Assembly: GCA_951406725.2 (NCBI GenBank)
Contig: OX597823.1
Coordinates: forward strand, 35,216,001-35,280,000
Direction: 5' to 3'
Length of the DNA stretch: 64,000 bases
From: Octopus vulgaris
Taxonomy: Eukaryota
Numbering within the stretch: position 1 is the stretch's first letter; the number at the start of each line of letters is the position of its first letter. Of the stretch, positions 1-11,906 are shown one piece after another. The notes under the pieces are model-generated. The model was not told the DNA's origin. It made no database searches and worked only from the letters and a program-made list of their open reading frames with translations. Both the position numbers and the translations under genes were made by a program.

Positions 1-497
1 ACACACCAGAAAAGGTCACAGAAAACGAGAAATCGACCATACTCTGGGATATGACAATACACACAGATAGAGAAATTAAGGCCAATAGGCCAGATATAGT
101 TGTCAGGGATCATGAAGAAAAAAAAATGCTTTCTGATTGATGTATCAATACCAGTAGATGACAACGTTTCTCTAAAAGAAATGGAGAAACTTTCAAAATA
201 AAAAGACCTGGAAATAGAGGTAACTTGAATGTGGTATCTAAATACAGAAACAATTCCTATCATAGCGGGCGCATTAGCGGTGATAAAAAATATTCAGATA
301 TATACATAACAAAACCACCAGGACTTACAAATATATACATCATACAGAAAATTGCACTACAGGGCATGCACACATCCTACGCAAAACACTTTCAATACAG
401 TAACCATAAGAGCATTACAGCAAACCACAGCACATACTCAAGGCACACAGAGCTGCGCTCGGTAGTGAAATGAAAGTACGTTCTAAAAATAAAACTA

Positions 498-556
<59 letters not shown>
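1..556 (+). mobile_element. R4/Dong-type non-LTR retrotransposon 3' fragment (RLE domain, degenerate) with (AAT)n tail
   Basis: Translates to ILWDMTIHTDREIKANRPDIVV..CFLIDVSIP..EKLSK*KDLEIE with stops; followed by (AAT)n at 501-556. Confidence 0.85.
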
Positions 557-1185
557 GTTTATCATAGCAGCTCAAGATCAATGCTTACCTACCTACAAGG
601 AACTACCAGGCCAACATATTAAAGAACGGCAGTAGCCCAACATGTCGTGTATGTCAACAACAAAATGATACTATTGATCATGTCTCCAAGTGCAGTCTTC
701 TTGCGCCTACAGAGCATCTCAACAGGCATGATAGAGCTGCACAATATATTCACTGGGTAATTTGCAAAAGCCTGGACTTGCCCCATGAGAAAAACTGGTG
801 GGAACACAAACCACCTCCAGTGCTTGAAAATGATCACATCTCACTCCTCTGGAACTTCACCATTCAAATTGACAGAAAGATAGATGCGAATAGGCCAGAA
901 ATCATATTGAAAGACTGCAGACAAAAATCATGCCTCCTCATTGATATGACTGTCTCAAACAATATAAACGTATCTGTCAAGACCTACCAAAAATCTGAGC
1001 AAATATAAAGATCTGGAAAGAGTAATTAGCAAAATGTGGAACCTGAAGACTAAAACGATACCTGTTGTCATAGGTGCCCTGGGAATGATAGCAAAAGGGG
1101 CTGATTGCTACCTAGCTCAGATATCAGGAAACCCCAAAATGACAGAAATTCAAAAGATAGTGCTTATGGGAACTGCTCATATTAC
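557..1185 (+). mobile_element. Second R4/Dong 3' fragment (CCHC zinc knuckle + RLE), degenerate
   Basis: FIIAAQDQ.L, CRVC, RHD motif and LLWNFTIQIDRKIDANRPEII..CLLIDMTV; begins directly after the (AAT)n tract. Confidence 0.85.
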
Positions 1186-1200
1186 CATATTGTATATAAA

Positions 1201-1400
1201 TAGTGGAGGTTAATGGTTAGAACGCATGACGCGTTGGTTAGATTCTTGCAGCGGTCATGATGCTGTGTCATTTAACAAGGTACTTCATTTCAGGTTGCTC
1301 CTTTCTACGCAGAGAAAAATGGGTACTATCTTAGTGTTAGTGCATTCTTCCACTTGGGATTAAGGTATGTGTGTCTCTGTGCAACAACATAGGCTCTAAA
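1201..1400 (+). mobile_element. Degenerate tRNA/CORE-type SINE
   Basis: A-box-like aatggttagaacg followed by a CORE-like gctgtgtcatttaacaaggtacttcatttcaggttgctcc similar to 35535-35580. Confidence 0.45.
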
Positions 1401-1977
1401 GTATTTAGCGAAAACATAGTCAACAAGGTCACACAGGCTTACGAATGTCGGCTATAGTTGTTTACATGAGTGTATGTGTAGGTGTGTTAATATATTAACA
1501 GAAAAAAATTGCTTTCTAATGTAATGTGGAGATTAAGTACAATTTAATCTCACCTGCTAGGTAGCAAAATTTGATAGATGTTTGCAGAAGTGGAACTAAT
1601 TAGCAAGAATATCTGCTGCCAATATTGACAACACATCTGTTTTTCTATGAAAATATTATTTCTACTCACTATATGAATAGTGGCCATAATTTGACAGACG
1701 ACTATTTTCTATTGCTTTCTCTCCCCATCTTTCTCGCTCTCTTTCTCTTTCTGTCTTTCATTGGCGCCTTCTTTGTGGGTTCTATTTTGTCTTGATTTTT
1801 CTTTTTTCTATCTTTTCTCCTTCCTTTTTTTTGGTAGCTATATGTACAAATATACAAGCATATATACACACACATGTACACACACGTACACGTATGTATA
1901 TAGATAAACACATGCGCAAACACATGTATGTACACACACACACACACACATACATATATACATATATATAAATAAAC

Positions 1978-2259
1978 ACTGTCAATAAGCCAATTATTGC
2001 GAAATTTGTTCTGAGAAATATCTCTTACGGACGTGTTGTGTTAGGAACACTATAATAATCAGAAGGAAATGGAAATTTGTCTCAACAGAGGCCGGTAACA
2101 ACACCAGATTGAAAAGGCACAAGACCGGAAGGCATCTAATACTCTCGCCGATGAGACGGATTTTCGTCTCCTTCTGATAATAATAGTGTTTTTAACATAT
2201 CATGTCCAAAAGATATTGTTTCTCAGAACGAACACCGCTGAACCTGGCATATAGACAGT
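1978..2259. repeat. Imperfect fold-back (MITE-like) element
   Basis: Inverted arms, e.g. gttctgagaaa/tttctcagaac and aacactat..tcagaagga/tccttctga..atagtgtt. Confidence 0.6.
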
Positions 2260-2299
2260 ATTTATGCATTAATTATGATAGAGGGTTACTTTAATTTAA

Positions 2300-2380
<81 letters not shown>

Positions 2381-2530
2381 GGGGAAAGTAGGAAGAAAAA
2401 TAAGCGAAAATGCACATTGGAAATAAAAAATGAAAGGCTTTTTATGAAAAGTAACGATAGATATATATAATTAGATGAACTCAGGTAGGAATAAAAGTAA
2501 TAAAAGTCATTATTGGGAATTGCTAAGGAG

Positions 2531-2578
2531 ATTCAAAAGCATACCGGTTTCGGGAATTTACTAATCATTGCTTTGAAT
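2531..2578 (-). ncRNA. Minimal type I hammerhead ribozyme motif, A3-U8 variant
   Basis: Minus strand reads aagca-ATGATTA-gtaaattccc-GAAA-CCGG-TA-tgctt: stem I aagca/tgctt, palindromic stem III ACCGGT, weak stem II. Confidence 0.6.
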
Positions 2579-2643
2579 GCACACTGATATTAGTCCCTGA
2601 GTAAAAAATTATATATATACTTATAGTTGTAAGTACATATACG

Positions 2644-2708
<65 letters not shown>

Positions 2709-2825
2709 ATATATATGTATATATATATATGTATATATATATATATGTATGTGTATATATATATGTATGTATATATATATATGTATGTGTATGTGTATAT
2801 ATGTATGTGTATATATATATGTATG

Positions 2826-2864
<39 letters not shown>

Positions 2865-3097
2865 GGAGGCGCAATGGTCCAGTGGTTAGGGCAGCGGACT
2901 CGTGGTCGTAGGATCGCGGTTTCGATTCCCAGACCGGGCGTTGCGAGTGTTTATTGAGCGAAAACACCTACAAGCTCCACGAGTCTCCGGCAGGGGTTGG
3001 TGATCCCTGCGGTACTCTTTCACCACTCTTTCTCCCACTCTTTCTTCTGTTGGCCTGCTCGCTTAGCCAGCGGGGTGGCGTTATTCGAAGGCTAAAA
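2865..3097 (+). mobile_element. tRNA-derived SINE
   Basis: Pol III A box (tggtccagtggtt) and B box (ggtttcgattccc) followed by a non-tRNA body; directly follows a TA-rich microsatellite. Confidence 0.8.
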
Positions 3098-3473
3098 TAA
3101 TTTATATTATTATATGATTGAATGCCACGCATCCTCTTCCAAGTAAGTTTTATCTTAATAATTCTGATGCGCACTCTATACGATCTTTTTATTCTCTCGT
3201 TTTCTTCTCTTTCTCTCTTCTTCTTTTACCCCCTCTTCTCCCACTATTCTATCCTATTACTCTGTCGCTCTCTCTCCCTCACTCCTTCTTTGCTCACGTG
3301 GCTCCCACATGACCATCGGCCATCTTTTTTCTCTCCGTTGTAACTGGAACAAGAAAGGCGTGTTCTTGTTTGTCTCCTGTTCTAGTTTGATTCAGGCGTT
3401 CGCCACCACAACCTCGTTTAGTCTCAGCAGCTCTTCCTCTTTGTTTTCAGTGTCCTGTTTGCGTTACCTATTT

Positions 3474-3604
3474 TGACCCTCCGCAAAATCCCAAATTCTT
3501 TTCAATTTGCTTTGCGGGAGCAACTGTTTAATCGAAAGCGTATATTGTTGTTAAATGCTTGAAATACGAGACTAGAAAAACAGCCAACAGCTGATGAAGG
3601 GTCG
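3474..3604 (+). other. Three-way-junction CUGANGA RNA motif, copy 1
   Basis: P1 TGACCCT/AGGGTCG, P2 CCGCAAA/TTTGCGG, linker GAGCAA, P3 CTGTTT/AAACAG, then CCAACAG-CTGATGA. Confidence 0.45.
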
Positions 3605-3790
3605 TTCTTTATGTTTGCTTTGTTTTCCGTTTGTGTCTTTCGTTATTCGAAAGAATAGTTCATGTTCCGTGTACTCGTGCTTCGTACTCTTTTGTTGTAC
3701 ACATTTCATGACGTCCTGTGCTCACATATGCATATATATATATATATATATATATACGTATAGATGTATGTACATATACGTATGTATATA

Positions 3791-3849
<59 letters not shown>

Positions 3850-4135
3850 CCCTATTATTTCCTCTGCTACTGTCTAGATTATAGTAGGCTTAACAAGGTA
3901 TGCATTATTTTCTAAACTCATTCTGTCACAGATATAATAAGAAACAATTTAAATATTTTGGTTTCCATTATTTATGTAAGTTTATTAAAAATGTTTTATC
4001 CTTTATGATTGAAGTCTATGCGTAATTGATGTAATGTTTTCATTAATCAATCAAATGGATCCGGTTAAAACGGCTGTAATGGATTGACATCTAAACATAA
4101 ATCACAATTATAACAGAGAGGGTTGAAAAAAAACC

Positions 4136-4949
4136 TTGTATGTCTAGAAATAGCAGTCAAAACCACTACAAAGTCGCTATAAGCAATCATATTCTATCTC
4201 TTCATAATGAAGCTATCGGCGGGTGACGTAATGGATGTGACTGCTATTTCTAGACGTGCAAAGGTTTTTGTAACTCTCTCCGTAATGATTGTGATTTATT
4301 TATAATTATACACATTTCTTTTATGAAATTTATGATTATATGTTTGGTCATTGATATATTCATAAATAATTATGAATTATTTATGATATATCCATCTTAA
4401 TATATTTTTACATTACTCTTTAACTATTTAACCTTTTCACTCATTATCCAGTGAATCGCCGTGGCTCGATTTACCGTTCTTTTCTTAAAAACGCTGTGCA
4501 CGATTGGAATTCAGAAATTTGAATGTGTAGATAGAGTTTGACACATTATTCTTGCTGGTCGTGACACATGTAAGCCTCAAGGTAGATTTTTTTGTGTGTC
4601 TATTTGTATCTACAGTAATATTCTCCTGAAGAGAAGAATGGAACTTTAAGGTTCCCAACTTCGAAATTGCTCTAAAGAATTTACCTTTTATTTTTAAGCT
4701 TTGAATTTTATGTCATGTCGCCCGGCGACAGCTTTATTTTGGAGAGATAGAATATGAATATAGTGGCCTTAAGGTGGTTTTGTTTTGACTGCTATTTGTA
4801 GACATGCAAGGGTTTATAATTGCGATTTATTCATAATTATATACATTTCTTTTATGAAATTTATGATTATATGTTTGGCCATTGATATATTCGTAAATAA
4901 TTATGAATTGTTTCTGACATATCCTTTGTAATGTATTTTTACATTACTC

Positions 4950-4955
<6 letters not shown>
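4136..4955. repeat. PLE pseudo-LTR-like tandem/inverted repeat with degenerate hammerhead
   Basis: Direct repeat ~4240-4425 / ~4787-4955 and inverted segment at 4136-4166; CTGAAGA-GAAG..CTTC-GAAA-ttgc-TC at 4626-4672 with poor stems I and III. Confidence 0.55.
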
Positions 4956-4991
<36 letters not shown>

Positions 4992-5559
4992 TTTGTATAT
5001 AGTAAGTGATTTCCCCAAAGCAAATACTTACATAATAATTAATGTAATATTACATTGTGTGTTATGTTAATATAATTTGCTCTCCGGTATTCAAAATAAG
5101 TTATTCAGCAGTTAACATATAAAATCCAATAAAGTTCTAATAAGATAAGAAATTAGGAGGTATATTCCGTTGGATGATTTTGAATATATTTCCTTATCCA
5201 TATAGGTTTCTTGGAGCATAAATATCAACAATATTAATAATAAAGATTACTACAAAGTTGCTTATCATTACATTTAATTCTTTAATTCATATACAGCATT
5301 ACATAGGCCAACGAAGGTTTCAACTGCACCGATTAGTAACCGTTGTAATTGCAGCTCTGCTATAAAATCAGTGCGTTTTTTTTCTGGGTCTTTACTTGAT
5401 GTCCTTTGATTTGACTGTTTAACGATTTTATTTTATATACTCTGCGTTGTATGATGCAGAGCTGTCCGTTAAGTTAGACGCGAACCATCTCCATTTCAAG
5501 TTTTGATTGGATAATCACTTATAGCCCATTATTTCAACCCATTCTGTTGCTTAAATGTT

Positions 5560-6240
5560 TATTATTCATTTATACTAGGCAAATGCGAATTTCCTCATGT
5601 GCAAGCATCTCAAAACTTGTTCCCGTCTGTATTGGTTTTGCAGTACACAAAAAATCTCAATTGGTAGTGTAGTCTTTGTTTTTGTCCTTAATAGACTAGA
5701 TTAATTTACTAAGACTTGTTTGGAATCTTTTATTTTTATCTCTAAACGACGTCCAATGATTTGCCAGTCTCCTCTTGAAAATTAATGATGTCCTCCAGAT
5801 GTAAAAGTATTCATTACCCCCAGCTGTAACTTTACATATACATATTACATTTTTGGTCTTACACTTATTTTTCACATAACAAGAATCCCGCTTAGAACAA
5901 AGATAATTTTTTATATTTATCTCAGATTTAGTTTTAATTTGATCATTAATGGTAGAATCAAATGCATTTCCACCAAGTTCTTTATTACTAATTACTCCGT
6001 TAGATAACGTTATCTTTGTTCTAATTCTAGCTGAACTTTTATTCGATTTGACGTTATTTTAACTATGTTAAATTCTGTATAGTTCTAAAAATCTTTGACT
6101 CTCTCTGCGATGCAGATTTTACAACGGCTACTTCCATTAATATATGAGCCCGGATGATATATTAATTTCCACCTGATATCACGTGGTGTCTCTTGATCAT
6201 TGAGATGCCACACATGGAAATTTAAATTTATTTTCTAATA
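5560..6240 (-). pseudogene. Degenerate PLE (Naiad/Nematis-like) endonuclease region with two tandem GIY-YIG domains
   Basis: HVWHLNDQ..IRWKLI..GSYINGSSRCKICIAER, then CSKRDSCYVKNKCKTKNVI..YFYIWRTS..FKRRLANHWTSFR..TSLSKLI*; contains stops and frameshifts. Confidence 0.65.
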
Positions 6241-6840
6241 ATTACTGTTCTATTCTTTAGAGTGTGCTTCTCTTCTGATAGAAAGCCACGAATGAAGCGT
6301 TTTTTTGCCTGTCCTTCTAAATGTTGTTTCTCTTGCGTTTTTGTTCCATATATATATATATATATATATATAGCGGCGTATGTACACCTTTGTTCTCACC
6401 TTATAGTCGGTATGTATATAAATTTTGTACGACACTTACTCTATCTTTTATTCCCCCTCTCATTTTCTTCCTTTTTCTCGCTCTCCCTTTCTCATATTTC
6501 CTGGCCTTCTCTTTCTTTAACTCACACTATTTCCCACTCGTTTATCTCCCTTGTACCTTTATCTTTGTCTCTGATTTTTTTCTCATCCTTCAATCCCGCT
6601 GCCCCCTACCCATCTCTCCTCCTTCCACGTGACCGATGTCCGGCCAGCCATGATCTTTCTTTCATGGCCTGGCTGCCGACCGCCAACACCTCTTATGTCT
6701 ATCCCCTATGTTCCTACTTTTTGGCTTTCACTTCATACACACCAGCTCAATTTGATTCGTTCTCAGTCGAAAATTGTGTACTATGTTCTCCGTTTTTTTG
6801 TTTGCTTGTTTTTTGTTTTTGTTGCCGCACACATTCGCTA

Positions 6841-6967
6841 GCTTTCTTGCAAAGGGGTCTAATGCTCTTAGCTTAGACTTTTTTTTAGGAGTAACCAGAT
6901 CGAACCATCTCAAATGTAACTGCCCAAAATGGTTGTGACTTCTGGAACTTGACTGAGGAAAGAAAGC
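6841..6967 (+). other. Three-way-junction CUGANGA RNA motif, copy 2
   Basis: P1 GCTTTCTT/AAGAAAGC, P2 GCAAAGGGGTCTAA/TTAGACTTTTTT, linker GAGTAA, P3 CCAGA/TCTGG, then AACTTGA-CTGAGGA. Confidence 0.45.
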
Positions 6968-7109
6968 CACGAATGACCCGGCTTTCGTTTGCCTGTTCTT
7001 CTAATTGTTGTTTCTCTTGTCCGCCTTTGTGTCGTCTATCTGTCCAAATGTTTAATGTCCTCTACTGCGTCGTTTTTTTGTTCCATATATATATATATGT
7101 ATATTTATT

Positions 7110-7342
7110 TATGGAAAAAAGTCAAGGTAGTAAATGCTAAAATTATTTTATAAAAAACATTTCAGTACCGGTTTTAGTCATTGAGACTTCTTCAACTGAA
7201 AGCATAGAAAACAAATAAATTTTGGAAAAATTAAATGAAAAGTTTTTTAAAAGAATATTTGTGTAGTAATCAAATACAAGGGGCATTTTCTTTGTTTCTG
7301 CCTGTCTCTGTCTCTCTCGCTTACTCTTGTGGGTTCGAGGTC

Positions 7343-7345
<3 letters not shown>
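7110..7345 (-). mobile_element. Solo pLTR fragment related to the Penelope element at 38.3-44.4 kb
   Basis: Similar to 38375-38600, including a decayed hammerhead cag-TTGAAGA-agtc..gact-AAAA-CCGG-TA-ctg. Confidence 0.7.
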
Positions 7346-7398
<53 letters not shown>

Positions 7399-7453
7399 AG
7401 ATGTACTCGCATAGCAAGTAATTTGATCTGAGATCGTGTGCTGAAACGAAAAC

Positions 7454-7727
7454 AATTGCAGCGTGGAAGGTGTTTATAAGCCATTTAAGAAACACACAAA
7501 AGCCGTTCGATTCACTTCAACATTTAAGTTTAATTTGTCAAAATATTTTCGTCGCTAAAATCCGCGACCTGTTCACTGACAAAGTCCGTGCTGCACGGAC
7601 TTTGTCAGTGAACAGGTCGCGGATTTTAGCGACGAAAATATTTTGACAAATTAAACTTAAATGTTGAAGTGAATCGAACGGCTTTTGTGTGTTTCTTAAA
7701 TGGCTTATAAACACCTTCCACGCTGCA

Positions 7728-7730
<3 letters not shown>
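7454..7730. repeat. Perfect palindrome, 138-bp arms, 1-nt centre at 7592
   Basis: aattgcagcgtgg...ccgtgc-t-gcacgg...ccacgctgcaatt; abuts (TA)n on the right. Confidence 0.95.
7601..7650 (+). ncRNA. Minimal type I hammerhead motif, G3-C8 variant (mirror copy on minus strand at 7534-7583)
   Basis: tttgtca-GTGAACA-g-gtcgc-ggatttta-gcgac-GAAA-ATAT-TT-tgacaaa: 7-bp stem I, 5-bp stem II, palindromic stem III AATATT. Confidence 0.7.
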
Positions 7731-7811
<81 letters not shown>

Positions 7812-7963
7812 ATTTAATAAATAAAATATATGCATACATACATATATATACGTACCTACATCTACATGTGTATATACATGCATCGTTGTTAAAAAAGTCC
7901 GTTTCCTAGTTGTTTTATGCTTTCGTTTCTCGTGATCTACGTTTATTTGTGGTGTCCTGTATT

Positions 7964-7996
<33 letters not shown>

Positions 7997-8532
7997 GCAT
8001 GTATATATACATGTAGATGTAGGTACGTACATATATGTATGTATGCATATATTTTATTTATTAAATTATTGTATGACTGAGCGCCATCGCGTCGTTTCGT
8101 TTCTTTTCTCCAAGTAAGTTTTTATATATACTTAAGACGCGAACTCTGTAATCCTTTCCTTCCTTCCTATCTGTCTTCCTCTTTGCCTGTCTCTTCCTTC
8201 TTATTTTTCACCCTTTCTGGTTTCCTTTCCGCTCTATCTCTCTCTATCTCTCTCTCTCTCACCCCTCCTCATCTCTCTCACTGCCTAGTCGACTACCTAC
8301 CTCCTTTCACTGGCAGCTTTCTACAAGCCAACATGGCTTTTTTTGCGCTCTGAATTTATCCATCGTCTAGGCTTAAAAAACAGCCCTTAATGTTTTTTTT
8401 GTCCTGTTTTTATTCTTTATGTGTACTGTATTTTTTTGTATTTGTATTTTTATTTTGTATTTGTAATTGTATTTTATGTGTATTGCTTTTACGTCCTGTT
8501 CTTGTCACATTTTTTTCTTTCCTCGTTTTTAG

Positions 8533-8650
8533 CCCTCTGCAAAGGAATTTTATTTTAATTCTTTCGCAGGAAGGATTGGGTCGACGGGTCGTGTTCTGTC
8601 TTTACCCTCGAAACACGCATTGAGTCGATCCAGGGACAGCTGATGAAGGG
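8533..8650 (+). other. Three-way-junction CUGANGA RNA motif, copy 3
   Basis: P1 CCCT/AGGG, P2 CTGCAAAGGAATT/AATTCTTTCGCAG, linker GAAGGA, P3 TTGGGTCGAC/GTCGATCCAG, then GGACAG-CTGATGA. Confidence 0.45.
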
Positions 8651-8769
8651 GAATATTCCTTGTATTGTTTGTCTTGTACTCTGTTTTTTCGTTGTTAAAA
8701 AAGTCCGTTTCCTAGTTGTTTTATGCTTTCGTTTCTCGTTGTGTTCTACGTTTATTTGTGGTGTCCTGT

Positions 8770-8821
<52 letters not shown>

Positions 8822-8837
8822 ACAGAGACACACACAG

Positions 8838-8875
<38 letters not shown>

Positions 8876-9589
8876 GCATGTATATATACATGTAGATGTA
8901 GGTACGTACATATATGTATGTATGTACGCATATATTTTATTTATTAAATTATTGTATGACTGAGCGTTTCGTTTATTTTCTCCAAGTAAGTTTATATATA
9001 TATATGGGTATTCAGTACAGATTCCAAATCATAATTTAAAACACACAACGAAATAAATATATACATATAAATTTATAAATCAGTGAACAAAATTACATGG
9101 AAAAGTCATATGTGAAAACTATGCATTGTGTACGTTGGGTTCAGGTACCGAATGGAGGAGTGCCAAATACAGAGATAAAAATTTGAGGTAAGGGCCTCCA
9201 AAAGGAACAACTCGAATCGATTAAGAATTTAATGTTTATACGAAATGTCGGATGAAAGTTCAAAATTTAAAAATTCAGAGGTAAATAGGTTGATAAATAG
9301 GTAGATTAATAAATATATACAGATTCGAGTGAATTCGGGTATAGAATATCATCTACGGCCATTTCAAGGGTACAGTAAATGTATAAATGGCGTTTTAAGT
9401 ATTCTATCAAATTATTACCATGTAGGATTTCATCACGAAGGAAACCATCCTGATGAAAGGGGCATTATGTTTCTATATTTGGAATATTTAAAACGCCATT
9501 TATACATTTTGTTGGTGTTTCGTCTTTACTTAATTCGTCCGTTGCTTCTCTTGAACTGTATTACTGTATTACGATAGATAAAAAAATAC

Positions 9590-11600
9590 ACTGTAAAAGT
9601 GTTATAACAATACAAAATAAAAACAGCGGCAGTCACAAACACGCAACTAACCAACAATCAATATTTCCAACACACTTACTCGAACTGTAAACTGTACTTG
9701 GACTTCGAAGACCCAACTACGATGATTTTATCAAAGCCACAAGGGTTAAACAAAGAAGGGACACTACAAGAAACAAATGAGGTCGGGGATTTATCGAATG
9801 ATATTAACATGAATAAATATATTATAAATTCGGATGAGAAATGAGAAACAAAAATGAATGGAAGCGGAATGGGTTTGATCCCACCAACCACATTCCTGCG
9901 TTGCACCGTTTTGTCCTTTTTTTTTACTCCGCTTAATTTGGCACTTCCTAGCCCAATATTCGGGCTACTTTCTTTCATCTTCTCCCGCACATTTTTGCCA
10001 TCAGGCATTTCTTCTCCAGACATGTTTTCCCTCTTAGTTGATATAAAAAGAGGTTCACTAAAGCATGTCCGGAGACGTAGGTACCTGATGCGATACCTCT
10101 TCAAAGCGTCTCCCATATCACTTCTTTCGCTATAGCTGTTACGGCCAGAAAACAAAATTTCTCTTCTCCTTTTAGAGGAGACAGCGGAACGATCTTAATA
10201 ATCGATTCAGATGACAGCTGAACTCTCCCAAGCTGTGATAATACCCATTCGGACACTACGATTGTTTCGTTGCTCTGCCCGCAACCTGGGTACGTAAGCG
10301 AAACTGTGACGCCGTGCCTCGTGAGTTTATCCCAAACTGGCAAGCGACTTCGGAAGCACAGCCAAGCCAGGGACCTCTGGAAGTTGTCCTTGGGAACCGG
10401 GTCAAAAATCCGTCGATGCAGGTTGCAAGCTGATTTTCATAGAAACTTAGAGTTTCCCCCAGGCTGTCATCACACTTGCCCTCTACCAGCCCTCTATAGG
10501 ACATTGAGGTGGTACTCATTCGCGAGAGAACCACAAGCGCTTGTCGACACTTTGCTTGCCAAGCTCCCAGCCTTGGTTACGCCTGATCGAGATTTTCAGT
10601 TCACCAAAAGAGGTGAACCTGGGAAATATCTTGTCAACGAATGGCGACCACACTCACTCACCATCAAGGTAGAGTCAGCGAATGCCCGCGCATCTTTAGC
10701 CACGGCATCCCTAACCCACCCTTTAGCCTCTCTTCGTAGCTAACTCTCTACTAAATATAATTGACTCTTTTTTATGACTCTTTTGAGGGCATACCACCAT
10801 TTGTCGTTAATAATGGTCCCTGTCAATGCCATCATCACTAACTGTCTAATCCGACTCCTGTAGGCATCACAGGTCAGTAGCGACTTACTTAGCTTCCAGT
10901 AGCCGGATCCCTGTCTAGTCATGCTCTCTACATCCAGCTGTAGCTGACAATGGTTAACTGTGGACGACTAGCTATATTCTTGTCTTAACTCTTCATTAAT
11001 ATTCTGTCTAGGTATTATCTAGATGACCCATATTTACTTGACGACGTCCACTGTGGAATGTCCGGGTTATCTAGAATGTATTGATCTGCCTGCTGAAAAC
11101 GTCTGAGCAAATCGTTGAGGCAGGAGCCTACATTCCTAAAACGATTCGGGCCAGCGTAATCTACGCGTTCATTGCAGATTGTGTTGAAGTTACCTAACAC
11201 CACTAACATGTGTGATATAGCCAGAAAGTTTTCCAGGTTCTTGAAGAAGTCAGGCTGCCCTATCCCCACCGGGGCATAGATCACCACCAAACTGAAATCC
11301 TTACCACAACTGAGTGTCACATCTTGGACGACCAGCCTGCCTTCCGGATCAACAAAGATTGTTCTAGTTTGAGCACCTTCCTGACCCCCCCTCGCATCTA
11401 CCGGTTGACATGGAGAAATGACGTTCTCGTAGTCGTTAAGGAGCGGCGCAAGGTCCTGCAGTCCTCTCTGTCTGGCCTCAGTAAGAGCTATTACATCTAA
11501 CCGATGTGAACTGAGATCGTCTACGAGGCAAGATTGCTCCCAATCCAATCTCAGGCAATGCACATATATACATCCTAAATTAAGCGAGTACAAAATTGGT
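9590..11600 (-). mobile_element. Internally deleted, degenerate L1/Tx1-clade LINE
   Basis: APE endonuclease motifs (DVIALTE, LVVIYAP, VVLGNFN, WT), GSGYWKL, and a C-terminal zinc-finger-like region; no RT core seen between them. Confidence 0.75.
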
Positions 11601-11906
11601 ACTTACTGTTTTTTTTTAAATGTGTGCCGGCTGGGAAGTAGGTCCTTCCTCGACCGTTTCAGCAGTGGTTGGTAAATTGATTGTTAGTTGTATGTAAATA
11701 TCTCCAGAGAAATGTCTTACCCAAGGACCAACGTTTCTTCGTCGCTTGACAAGTTATTCATGTTTCACTCAAAAAATTTTTTTAACGTTGAAATTCTACC
11801 TTCCGCCTTCCAGGAAGGGGAAATGTATCGCTCGTCTGTGACACGGCAGAAATACAGTATATTTTTTTTACACAAAACAAATTCAATTAGAAATAAATTC
11901 TAACAC

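Noticed and set aside
2865-2940. tRNA gene call for SINE heads (also 35462-35535)
   Set aside because: Acceptor and T stems do not close, and the sequence continues into a SINE body
2590-2967. YI/VC/HT-repeat ORFs here and throughout the window
   Set aside because: Artefacts of stop-free TA, CA and TATG microsatellites
9376-9509. Hairpin enclosing CTGATGA as a fourth junction motif or hammerhead
   Set aside because: No correctly placed GAAA/stem III or P2/P3 could be built
9676-10155. 159-aa ORF and overlapping antisense ORFs as host genes
   Set aside because: They lie in the decayed 3' end of the Tx1-like element
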